NCBI GenBank assembly: GCA_951406725.2
Contig: OX597832.1
Location: 31,496,001-31,560,000, forward strand
From: Octopus vulgaris
Taxonomy: Eukaryota
Direction: 5' to 3'
DNA: 64,000 bases
A program made the translations under genes and the position numbers. The notes below the pieces were generated by a model. It was not told the DNA's origin, searched no databases, and worked only from the letters and a program-made list of their open reading frames with translations. This document shows, piece after piece, positions 1 to 11,988 of the stretch (the stretch's first letter is position 1; the number at the start of each line of letters is the position of its first letter).

Positions 1-7
1 CAGATAG

Positions 8-74
<67 letters not shown>

Positions 75-429
75 CTAGACTTTAAGCTCTTCGAAAGTGT
101 CGGCTCACTCCCTGGTTTTCGTGGCTGTGTCCTTCGTTTATTTGTTCTGTGGTTTTAATCGTTTCAATGTCCCCTTTCGATTTTTCCTACACACGTAGTG
201 TATATGTATGCATGTGTGTGTGTGTGTATGTGTATGTGTGTGTGTACTGTTGTATGTGTGTGTGTGTGTGTGCGAGTGCGTATGTACGTATGTATGGATT
301 CCACTCGCTTAAAACTGTCATTGATACACGCTAAAGATTCTTCGCCAACATAAACTGTTTATGATATTCGGTAAACACCAAGCGCTTCAATGTGCTATGT
401 AAATGTTATGCATAGGTGTGTCTATACGT

Positions 430-468
<39 letters not shown>

Positions 469-870
469 CAGGTATACATACATGTATGTGTGTGTGTGTG
501 TGTGTGTTTGGCCTCGTACTATTCTGACACTGACAATCCGTTCACCTCTTTCTTTTTCATTCTCTGTCTCTCCCCCTCTCCATCCACGCACCTACCAATA
601 GCCGCACACCCATCTATTCTGCCCTCCTGCCGACCTGAAGTCTTATGTACCTACCTATGTACATATCTACCTCGCTATGCAACCCGCCTGTCTACCTATC
701 TACACATCGACATAATTACCTGACTACACGCATGTTTATCCATCTAAGTGCCAACATAATTCTCAGTGCTGCGTTCGTTGTTTGGAATTCCAACATGAAA
801 ATGTTTATCATCGCTTATAACCGATTTCTCTATAAACACTCAGCAGATAATCAAATTGCAATTATGTGTG

Positions 871-934
<64 letters not shown>

Positions 935-943
935 TGTATGTAC

Positions 944-978
<35 letters not shown>

Positions 979-1216
979 TATACTTATATATATATATACA
1001 TATACATATACATATATATATACATATATACATATACATGTTTGTATGCAGGCATGTATGTATGTATATATGTATGTTTGTATGTATGTATGTATGTATG
1101 TATGTATGTATGTATGTATGTATGTATGTATGTATGTATGTATGTATGTTTGTATGTATGTATGTATGTATGTATGTATGTATGTATGTATGTATGTATG
1201 TATGTATGTATGTATG

Positions 1217-1912
1217 CAGAGTGTTCAGGCTAAATATGATGGCTTTTTTATGTCTCTTTTTCTGTGTCAGGAACAGCTTAATGTATTGCTAAAGAGTCAA
1301 CGACGTTGGAGGGCATAAGGCTTAAACTATAGTCGAAAACACGTTGACTGACGTGGATGACTACGAAACTGTGACTCGCAGAAAGGGTCACAACAAGCGG
1401 TCCCGATGGCACCCGAACGCCGGAACACACCACTTGGAATAGAGACGTCGGCTCAATTCAGACAGCGATGTGAAGCTGGTGGCGACTGTGGTCCCTGGCA
1501 GCAGAGGGTCGCTGCAAGAAAGCCATATGTGTGCCAGCAATATTCGGCTCCTTGCCATACCTCCAGAAAGAATTACAACTGGTCGTCGGAGAGTTTCTAC
1601 TTCATCAACCTGTCTCTGCCCTGCCAATTTCCTCGACTGTTATGCCATGTGTGAAGAACAGTCGAGAAAGACAATCAACCACTCAGCCTGAAATGTCAAA
1701 GCTGAGTTGATGGCCAAGATCAAGGAAGTGTTCAAAGGTCTTCCCAGGGACCCAGCGAGGAGCAACGCATGCACCCGGCTCTGGGACCCTCATGTGGCCT
1801 TACTTTCACTAAGCTGCTATTTCCCTGCTAGAATCTTGTCAATATGTTTTGAGGTTTTAAAATACATTTATTTTGGATGGGATATTGTGTCAAATTTAGC
1901 TGGAACACTCTG
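1217..1912 (+). mobile_element. Internally deleted Tc1/mariner-superfamily transposon (maT/DD37D-like), decayed transposase
   Basis: TIRs cagagtgttcaggctaaat (1217) and atttagctggaacactctg (ends 1912), followed by TA. Internal translation PYVCQQYSAPCHTSR resembles the 'QQDSAP.H' motif of maT-like transposases; frameshifted downstream. Confidence 0.8.
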
Positions 1913-1932
1913 TAGATAGACAAAGAGGGAGG

Positions 1933-1974
<42 letters not shown>

Positions 1975-2291
1975 CAGACAGATAGGTAGGTAGATAGATA
2001 AATAGATAGATAGGTAGATAGAAGACATGTTGCTTCAGCATGGCCACACTAATAACCTGGTTTTAAAACTCAATATTCTTTTGCTTCCGGATGAAGCATC
2101 AGTAGAGTACAGAGCGTAATCAATAAATGACAATGGAACAGGAATTACGTCAGCAGCCACACACACACACATATGTGTGTGTGTGTGTGTCTGCATATAT
2201 CCATACATACATAAACATAAATTCATACATACATATATATATATATATACACGCACATACTTATGTACATACATGCACACACACTTTCATG

Positions 2292-2349
<58 letters not shown>

Positions 2350-2395
2350 CACTTACATACGTCCATTCTTATAATTATTATTTGTTACTTCCGGA

Positions 2396-2790
2396 CTTTA
2401 CGTCCTGAGTTCAAATTCGTTAGCGCGTCGGACGAAATGCTTGGCAGTATTTCGTCTGCCGTTACGTTGTGAGTTCAAATTCCGCCGAGGTCGACTTTAC
2501 CTTTCATCCTTTCGGGGTCGATAAATTAAGTACCAGTTACGCACTGGGGTCGATGTAATCGACTTAATACCTATGTCTGTCCTTGTTTGTTCCCTCTATG
2601 TTTAGCCCCTTGTGGGTAATAAAGAAATAGGTATTTCACCCGTCGCTACGTTCTGAGTTCAAATTCTGCCGTGCTCCATCGTTTCGGCGTCGATAAATTA
2701 AGTACCAGTGGTGTACTGGGGTCGATGTAACCGACCAACCCCCTCCTGCCAAATTTCAGGCCTTGTGCCGCCTTCAATAGACAGGATTAT
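2396..2790 (+). mobile_element. SINE family B, two to three nested or tandem copies
   Basis: B-box-like gagttcaaattcc followed by gtcgactttacctttcatcctttcggggtcgataaattaagtaccag, which recurs many times in the window. Confidence 0.85.
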
Positions 2791-3771
2791 TTAGCTGTCG
2801 GTAGCGTTGTGCGTGTTTGATTCAAAACGGTAATTTAGAGACTATTTCTAGAAGTTGGAGACGACATAGAGAGAGACCCCATGGTTGGCCTGAATATATC
2901 AATGTATTTTTGGTGATACTCGAAGATTCTGAGTTCAAAACTCACTGGGGGTAGCAGGCTGTTTTATCTTTTCATCTCACCCGGGGAGAGAAGAGAAAGA
3001 GAATGAACCGTTTTTATGTTGTTCCAACACGAATAATGTTGAAAATATTTCATTTGATGACTGTTTTTTGATGTTCATGTGTTTGTGGTTGCTGTTGCTA
3101 TTCCTAGTATGACAGTGGTGGTGGTGGTGGAGATGATGATGGTGATGATGGTTATGATGATGATGACGATGACGATGGTGATGTTGAAGATGATGATGGT
3201 GATGATGATGATGTGGTGGTAATAGTGATAGCGATGCTGATGGGGGTGATGACGACGATGATGGTGATGATGACAACTATTGTAATGATGATGATGATGA
3301 TGATCGAAATGCTGTTAGTAGTAAGCACGATGGAGATGCTAATAAAGGTAACAAAGATGATGACGATGATGATGATGATGCTGTTATTGTGTTTGATAGT
3401 GTTGATGTTGCTCCGCTACCCCTTACGTCATCCACCCCACTGTTGCTCTCTCTCGACACCGCAGAGATTACACCGGAGAACAAGTTTTGAAACAGGTTCA
3501 AACATATGTCCCACGACGGGCAATCTGCTTTGTGAACGAGAGCACTCGCACACACGCGCAGCACGTGCACACCCAGAGACACACACACACACACAGACAC
3601 ACACGTACACACACACACACGTACACACAGACACACACGTACACACACACACACGTACACACTGTCACGAAGGAACACAGCAGACTTGTCTTTCCCATAT
3701 GTTCTTTTATTCCGTTGCCATATTTGACACGGTGTCATTTTTAGAACCAAACACTCGAGATAAACGACCAA

Positions 3772-4086
3772 ATCATCATCATCATTGTTCGACCGTGGTT
3801 GAGACAATGGAATTTACCATGCTACGCCAGACTTCACGGTCCATCATAGCACTACGGAGGTCCTGTTGCTGGATGCTTGTATCCCTGGAGATTACATCAG
3901 GGTAGGAGAGTGTGCACCCTCTGGTATTGCGAGTAGATGGCTTCCAGAGGAGAAGAGTAGAAATTACCTCTTTTTCAGCTCTACAACAATGTCCAGCAAA
4001 CTGGACTCTCTTACCTTTCACAAGAGATGACACAGGTGGTAGTTTCCCATATATTTGCATTTTGGTTGGATGGTGCTTCCACGACC
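3772..4086 (-). mobile_element. 5'-truncated RTE-like LINE 3' end
   Basis: Minus-strand ORF SWKHHPTKMQIYGKLPPVSSLVKGKRVQFAGHCCR...LLLWKP...AMMDREVWR, typical of an RTE-clade ORF C-terminus; ends in a short (TGA)n tail. Confidence 0.85.
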
Positions 4087-4138
4087 AAAAGACGTACAAC
4101 ACCACAGCATTTACCACAAAGAATTCAATTATTGCCAA

Positions 4139-4172
<34 letters not shown>

Positions 4173-4290
4173 TGACCATGACTTTAACTTTAGACCCGAA
4201 ATCTTCCAATGTGTGTTGAGTTTTTGGGACACTACATGTCCATGAGAGATTCTATTACGGGTGGAAACAGCTGTACCTGGCCTAGCAACA

Positions 4291-4344
<54 letters not shown>

Positions 4345-4452
4345 ACATTAAGTATGATGTACTGATGGCTATTTCAATTAACAACTGAAATACATTTACT
4401 GGAACTGTCTGTCTGTTTATTCATCTATCTATCTTTCTATGCATCACACTCT

Positions 4453-4523
<71 letters not shown>

Positions 4524-4557
4524 CACACACACACACACACGTACACACACATATATA

Positions 4558-4710
4558 TCATGAGATTCTTTCAGTTTCAGTCTACCAAATCCACTCTCAA
4601 GGCTTTGGTTGGTCTGAAGCTATAGTAGGAAACACTTGCCTAAGGTGCCACACAGTGGGACTGAACCCAGAACCATGTGGTTGGGAAGCAAACTTCTTGC
4701 CATACAGCTA
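4558..4710 (-). mobile_element. SINE family A, 5' fragment
   Basis: Reverse complement of the family A head found at 25339 and 44809. Confidence 0.8.
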
Positions 4711-4824
4711 TGTGTCTGTGTATATATGTGCTTATACATATATACATATATATGTCTCTTAATCTCTCTCCTCTGTGTGTGTGTACGAATATATATATAC
4801 ATATATATATATGCATATACATAC

Positions 4825-4859
<35 letters not shown>

Positions 4860-5657
4860 CATATACATATATCGCGAGAGAGAGAGAGAGAGAGAGAGAT
4901 TGAGAAACAGAGAGAGGAGTCCTACCTGTCGCTTTCTCACACTCATTCATACGGGCAGACATTGAGAGTGAGAGAGAGAAAGAGATTGAGAGATTGAGAA
5001 GAAGAGAGAATGAGAGAGAGAGAGCGCGAGGGAGAAAGAAAAGGAAAAGGTGGGTGGGGGCGCGAATGAGAGATATATATTAAAGTGTTCAGGAGAATTG
5101 CAAGCCTATATATTTATATACGAATGTAGCTTTTAAAGAAAGCGATCAGTCCGCCATAGCTGGCGATATCTTTTAAACCGCCATTCCGTCCGCCTGTCTG
5201 CCCGTCTGCCAGTCTGTTTGCCTGTGTGTCTCTCAGTTTGTCCATCTGTCTGTCCGTTTGTCTGTCGCTCTCTTCTGAAAAGAACAACTTTCACCTGAAT
5301 AAACAGTAAACATACCTGAGGTGAAAAGCCCTTTAACCAATATGGTGATTAGTACACCTGGCTATTATACAACGCGGCAACATATTTACATTGTCAACCA
5401 GACCAGTATAATGTGTGGGAGGGGATGTGTGCGTGTATTTGTGTGTACGTGTGTATGCGTGTGTGTGCGTGAGTGCGTGCGTGCGCGCGCGCAGGCGTGT
5501 GTATACATATATATATATATATATATACACGCACACACGCACACATGTCTGTAGAAACACACTCTTGCACACATGTATATAAAGACACACACATACACAC
5601 ATTAATCTGTGTGTATGTATGTGCGTATATATGTATATGCATAATTATATATATATA

Positions 5658-5701
<44 letters not shown>

Positions 5702-6055
5702 CGTATGTATGTATGCATATTTACGAATGTGCATTCACACATATATGTATATATACATATATATATAAAGTGTATATATATATACATATATATACATATA
5801 TATACATATAAGTGTATATATATATATATAAGTGTATGTATATATATATATATGCATACACATTCGTAAGTGTGCATGCGTACATATATAGGTGTATTTA
5901 GTTGTATTTATATCTATATGACTGTGTCCGTGCGTATGTGTGCGTATCAGTGTCTGTATGAACATATATATATATAAATTTATATTTAGATATATACTAA
6001 TGTATCTAGATGAGTGTGTGAGTGAGTTTATGTCTCGGTGTATATGCATGTATAC

Positions 6056-6110
<55 letters not shown>

Positions 6111-6158
6111 CATATCTATAAATGTATATATGTATATATGTATATATATACATACATA

Positions 6159-6190
<32 letters not shown>

Positions 6191-6235
6191 AATATATACA
6201 TATACACATACATACATACATACATACATACATAA

Positions 6236-6280
<45 letters not shown>

Positions 6281-6747
6281 CATCCAGACACAGACACAAA
6301 CACACAAACACACAGATGCACGTGACTTGACTACAATCCCTTAACATGATTTTCACCAAACAGTGAAAAACAAACAAAAGGAAATTAAAAAAAGGAATAA
6401 AACAATAAAAAATAAAACAAAAATATGAAAGAAAAAAACAGCAACAAATTCCCTGAAAAAAAAAAGCGAATGAAAACAACAAAAGCAACGCGAAAATAAA
6501 ATACATAATAAAAAATACATCAAATTTATAGAAATAAAAATGGTAAATGTAATTTCTTAGAATAGAATAATAAATCTTTCTGTATTTGTAGCCCCCCCCA
6601 CACCTCCATCCCACTGCATCACCTTCATAAAGTATCGGTGACGGTGTACATCTGGGATAAGTATACTCTGATATTTATCACCCGGATAAAACAATCTGAC
6701 TAGTAAATTATTTTTTATCCGCTGGATATAAATTGTGCCGTTTATAG

Positions 6748-6779
6748 GAGCTGCTACGTGAGATCTTCGCAAAGTTGGC
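6748..6779 (+). CDS. Candidate 32-nt internal micro-exon (ELLREIFAKL or SCYVRSSQSW), host gene unknown
   Basis: gtttatag|GAGCTG...TTGGC|gtaagt: AG acceptor, consensus GTAAGT donor, two open frames, lies in non-repetitive sequence. No homology recognised. Confidence 0.25.
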
Positions 6780-6924
6780 GTAAGTGCCTCTTGGGGTTTT
6801 GGTGGAAAAAGATATTTATGGGTCCTGCGGGAAAAGAAAGCAATAAGGTTTGGGGGAGATGTGTCTGTACAGTCATTTAATTTTCTATTTTAGTTTCAGT
6901 ATTAAATTAAAAAAAAAACGTTCT

Positions 6925-7150
6925 ATATTTCATTTGTTTCACTCAGTAATCCGCGGCCGTGCTGGGGGTACCACCTAGAGGAATTTGTAGTTGAATGAAT
7001 CGAACCCAGCCTGATACTTATTATATCAGTCTCTTTTTCTCCAACCGCCAGGTTACGGGAACGTAAACACACAAGTGCTGATGGCCAAACGGTGGTGGCG
7101 GACAAACACAAAGTCACACAAATACACACATATATGCACACATGACCGTC
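6925..7150 (-). mobile_element. SINE family A, diverged 3' half
   Basis: ggttacgggaacgtaaacac and gcggccgtgctgggg match the 3' half of family A. Confidence 0.7.
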
Positions 7151-7420
7151 TTAAATCACACTCTGTGTCCTTTTGCTCGTTTCGTTTGCTCTTGACCCTA
7201 ATTCTACGCAAGAAAACTCTTTGTTTTTTGCGTTCACCGCCAATTGAGAAGCATTCAGTCTTATCGTTAAAGGTGCGAAACTGAACAGTAATATTAATCG
7301 ATAACTGATGAAGAATATTGGGTCTCCTGTTTGTCTCCAGTTCGCTTTTACATTCAGTATACATTACGTCGTTTCTTTATACATTTTTCATTTACATACA
7401 TACATACATACATATATACA

Positions 7421-7811
7421 TTCTTTTACTTGTTTCAGTCATTTGACTGCGGTCATGCTAGAACACTGCGTTTAGTCGAGCAAATCGACTCCAGGACTTA
7501 TACCTTGTAAGCCTAGTACTTATTCTATCGGTCTCTTTTGTCGAACCGCTAGGTTACGGGGACGTAAACACACCTGCATCGGTTGTCAAGCGATGTTGGG
7601 GAGACAAACACAGACACACAAACACACACACATATATATACATATATATGATGGGTTTCTTTTCAGTTTCCATCTACGAAATCCACTCACAAGGCTTTGG
7701 TCGGCCCGAGGCTATAGTAGAAGACACTTATCCAAGGTGCCACGCTGTTGAACTGAACCCGGAACCACGTGGTTCGTAAGCAAGCTACTTACCACGCAGC
7801 CACACATGCAC
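7421..7811 (-). mobile_element. SINE family A, full length (tRNA-derived head, CORE-like segment, internal microsatellite)
   Basis: A/B-box-like head tggctgcgtggtaag...gggttcagttc, then ggcaccttggataagt, ending in an agtaaaaga tail. Confidence 0.9.
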
Positions 7812-8050
7812 TGGTCATATTATAACTGCCTTTTTTTTAGCTACAATTACAAGAAGAACAACGACTTCAACTATAATAATCTGCTTTAATTTGTGAAATA
7901 AGAAAATAAAAACCGAATAAATACCACCCATGGTCTTAGTATCCGCTTGTAATAAGTTATTTCTATGATAAGTAGACACTCGTCTGAAACTAGTACCCGG
8001 ATACCCGTGACTGAATTACTCTAGGTAATATTATTGGTATGTGCATACAA

Positions 8051-8243
8051 TAGTTAGTTAGTTAGTTAATTTTTGGGCTCAAAAAGCGAAAAGCAAGGCC
8101 ATGTAGGGGGACATGGAGTTATGTACAGGGTGGTGTTCATGTAAAGAGTTCAGGCCACTTGTGTTCAAGGGAGACTTTGAACCGAGCGGTGGTCGGCATC
8201 TTCACTATCTCGTCCGGCAGCTTATTCCACGGATCCGCAACCA
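8051..8243 (-). mobile_element. CR1-like LINE 3' end
   Basis: Minus strand reads VADPWNKLPDEIVKMPTTARFKVSLEHKWPELFT*, the typical 'WN.LP..V......FK..LD' CR1 terminus, followed by a 3' UTR and a (TAAC)n tail. Confidence 0.85.
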
Positions 8244-8945
8244 GTGGGGTGATCTTATTAGCGTTGAATCGTAATATGACGGATTTGAAAAAGTGTTAGA
8301 AAAAGGAGAGACACGAGGAGTGAAACAGTTTGAGGAGCCCTGCCTTCGGAATCACTCCACGCCGTTTTAGAAATGGAAAAGAAATAATTGGATAATGTAG
8401 TTCTAAGTTCCCTGCTTATAGGCAAAAATCGAGTTGGTCACGGCCGGGCTGACTTTGATTTTATGTCTTCTCTACCAAGGCGTTGAGGACTAAAGGTCAG
8501 TGACTCTGCTACATGGCTGATCTTCTGCTAGGTAGATCAGTCTGCTAGAAATAATAGCCAAACGTCCCTGAATTTGCGTCCCTCATAATGTAGTAAAAAA
8601 CAGGAAGGACACATTGAATGATAATCTTTATGGGTTAATCGGGAGTGAGGCTGGTAGCCATGACACATTTCAGAGTCTACGATACCAGGGTGTGTTGGTG
8701 GGGATTGAAAGAATAAGGGAGGAGGAAGGAGAGAAGGAAAGAGAGGAGTGAGAAAAACCAGACAGCAGACATGAAAAGACTGCAACAGAAATGACTTAAG
8801 TAAAATCACCCAAGGTCCAAAGAGGTGGTCGTGGTTGAAGAGGCGGTGATGTTAAAGCAGGGGACGGTTTGAGTGTTCCGCCCTAGAAGGTAATATCACG
8901 ATTTGAACTCAGCACGCCGACAGACGGAGAAAATAGCATCCAATG

Positions 8946-9377
8946 TAGTGGTTCTCAACTATGATTGGATCTGTAGACACCCTTGGAACTGAAAACCACT
9001 GGAAGTTTAAAAACTTGTTTTATTGATTCTTCTTTCAAAATTCCTGTTTTGCTTTTCATCGATTCACTTTCGTAGGTTTACAACAGCTCTGAGAGAACAT
9101 ATTTCAGTGGCCAGAAACACGGGGAACTATGTAAAATGTCAGTGAAAGAAATCTGGCTGTTTAAAGATATCGCCAGCTTTGGCAGACTGATTGCTCTCTT
9201 TAAAAGCTACATTCGTAGATAAATATATGACTTGGAATTCTCCCCAACACTTTAATTTATATCTGAAACGAAAATGTTTTCATGGAATCTTAAAATACGA
9301 TTATTTTGCTTGTGTGGACCCCCAAAGACCTTATATGGATTCCCAGGGATGATAGGAACCCCAGCTGAGAGCCTCTG
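8946..9377. mobile_element. Old hAT-type non-autonomous element
   Basis: Ends tagtggttctcaac and gctgagagcctctg resemble CAGTGGTTCTCAAC hAT TIRs; 8-bp flanks atccaatg and gtctaatg match at 6 of 8 positions. Confidence 0.6.
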
Positions 9378-9586
9378 GTCTAATGCTTTAAGGGTTTCTC
9401 TCAAAAGCCGCTTCGGGTGAAATGCTTGTCCTCGCCACCGAAATTCGGAAAGAAAGGCTAATGGCTAAATCAGTGAAATAAGGGGAGACGGCAAAACTGG
9501 TCGAGTCAGTGGAGCATCGGGTAAAGATAGCTTAAATGATTATTCTGGACCTCAGCATCTTAAGTTCAAATAAACTTAAGGTCAGC

Positions 9587-9884
9587 TTCTATATTTAAGA
9601 GACGAGGAATTATTTAGATTATTTACATTATTTACATTTGGTGGATATTTGTCCCCATCTTGTTTGTTGTGAACAATGTTTCGGCTGATATACCCTCCAG
9701 CCTTCATCAGGTGCCTTTGGGAAATTTCGAACCTGGGTTCTCATTCCTATCGCATTTTTCGATGTTGTTGTTATTATTATTATTATTATTACTATTATTA
9801 TTATTATTATTCGGGTCACTGCCTGGAATCGAACTCGGAATCTTGGGGTTAGTAGCCCGCGCTCTTAACCACCACGCCATATGC
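9587..9884 (-). mobile_element. tRNA-headed SINE with internal (AAT)n and a hammerhead-containing tail
   Basis: Minus strand: tggcgtggtggttaagagc (A box) ... gagttcgattcc (B box), then (AAT)n, then CTGATGA-a-ggctg...cagcc-GAAA, then an (aatgtaaat)n tail. The tail recurs on + at about 53007-53061. Confidence 0.8.
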
Positions 9885-10103
9885 TTTAACTATCATCCTT
9901 TCGCTGTCGTAAATAAATACTGTCAATACCAGTCAGATATTGGGGCTGTGTCTTCTATCAATCTCCTCTTCCTCTCCCTCTCGCTCTCGCCCTCACTTGC
10001 CTCTCTTCCTCGCGGTGATTATCTTTTGTTTCGTTTCCGTAAAGCCTCGCATTCAGGCTCTCACTTATCATGCATGCAAACGTGCACACAGATATATGAA
10101 CAC

Positions 10104-10178
<75 letters not shown>

Positions 10179-10194
10179 CACGTACACATACACA

Positions 10195-10235
<41 letters not shown>

Positions 10236-10326
10236 CACACACACACGCACACACACACGTACACAAACACACACACACACGTGGGCAAATATACATTTAT
10301 ATATAAATGTATTAAATATATTTGTT

Positions 10327-10364
<38 letters not shown>

Positions 10365-10850
10365 CATGTGTGTGTGTTTGTGTGTATTCAAACGGTGGAT
10401 TAACGATTGATCACACGCACACATACATACACACATAATTATATATATGAAGAGAAAGAAAAAGAGAATGAAATACAGAGATAAAGTGAGAAAGATAGTG
10501 AGGGAGAGAGGGAGAGATGAGAGAGACAGAAATAGATAAGATAGATAGATAGAGATAGATATATAAATAGAGAGAGAGAGAGAGAGAGGGAGAGGGTGAA
10601 ATGCTTGTTCATAATGCAGCTTCCTTTGATCCGTATTAAAAATGCCAAGATGTAATCCTTTTCAGCAGCAGAATCCACACACAAACAGACACACACATTC
10701 ACGCACGCACGCACACACACGCGCGCACACACACACACGCGCGCACACACGCGCGCTTGTGTTTATAGAATTACAGATGGACACACTCACCTAACATACA
10801 CGCATCATATTCACACTCACATACACACACACACACACGCACAGAACAGA

Positions 10851-10881
<31 letters not shown>

Positions 10882-11385
10882 CACACAACATGCCCCCTGC
10901 GTACACACATATAGATAGCTACAGATACATCCACACACACACACACCTACACATATATATATATACACACAAACATACATACATGCATACACACCTCACC
11001 ATGCATACACATATACACGCATCTCACCACAACGAACAGTATGGACGGATAGTGATGCAGGATGGGAAACAAGCAGAAAATATGTTCTCCCTCCAAAAGT
11101 AGCGAAATGTAGCGAAATGTAGCGAAACATACCGGAACAAAAACAGTACCAACTACAACACCAGCAACAGCAACACTAACCCCCCAGCACCAGCTACAAA
11201 ACCAATATGCAAGGGTTATACACATATATAACATTAACGAGCCAAAAAAAAAATAATAAAAAAAAAGCTCTCCCACAGTTTTACGTGTCAACGGAGGGAG
11301 TGGGGGGAGATGATAGACGCCATATTGTTGCAGAAGGTAAGACACACGGAGAAGAAAGAAAGATGTATAAAGAAGTATAATGAGA

Positions 11386-11455
<70 letters not shown>

Positions 11456-11614
11456 GTTGAAGAAGAAGAATACGTAAAGATCTTTTTTATCTGTTGTTCT
11501 TCAAGTTCATATTCTCCGAAGATCTGCTTCGATTTGGTTGAAAAAATTTGAGAGGGAAATTTCTCCATTTCCCTAATTAACGAAATTCAGGCAAATCTTA
11601 CGTATCAATGTTCA

Positions 11615-11655
<41 letters not shown>

Positions 11656-11846
11656 AAAAGAAAGAGAAAGAGAAAGAGAGAAAGAGAGAGTTCATACGAC
11701 CTCGTCTGTGTGCATGAATGTGTGTAATGTGTAAGCTTATGTGTGTTCGTGTGTATGCGTATATATATATATATATATATGTGAATATTCATGGTGTGTA
11801 TTTATGTATCTATATCTATCATTCAATATTTATATATAAAACTCTT

Positions 11847-11885
<39 letters not shown>

Positions 11886-11938
11886 CTATCTATATATATT
11901 TATATATATAGATAGATATATACATATATATATGTATG

Positions 11939-11988
<50 letters not shown>

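Noticed and set aside
645-1318. MYVC/YIYI/HTHT repeat ORFs here and throughout the window
   Set aside because: Translations of TATG, TA and CA microsatellites.
3465-3540. Possible exon after a good acceptor (ctctctctcgacaccgcag)
   Set aside because: No credible splice donor follows before the (CA)n tract.
9812-9884. Functional tRNA gene
   Set aside because: A and B boxes are present, but there is no convincing acceptor stem and it continues into a repeat body; treated as a SINE head, as are the heads of families A-C.
11099-11128. gtagcgaaat repeated three times
   Set aside because: Short perfect slippage duplication with no further context.
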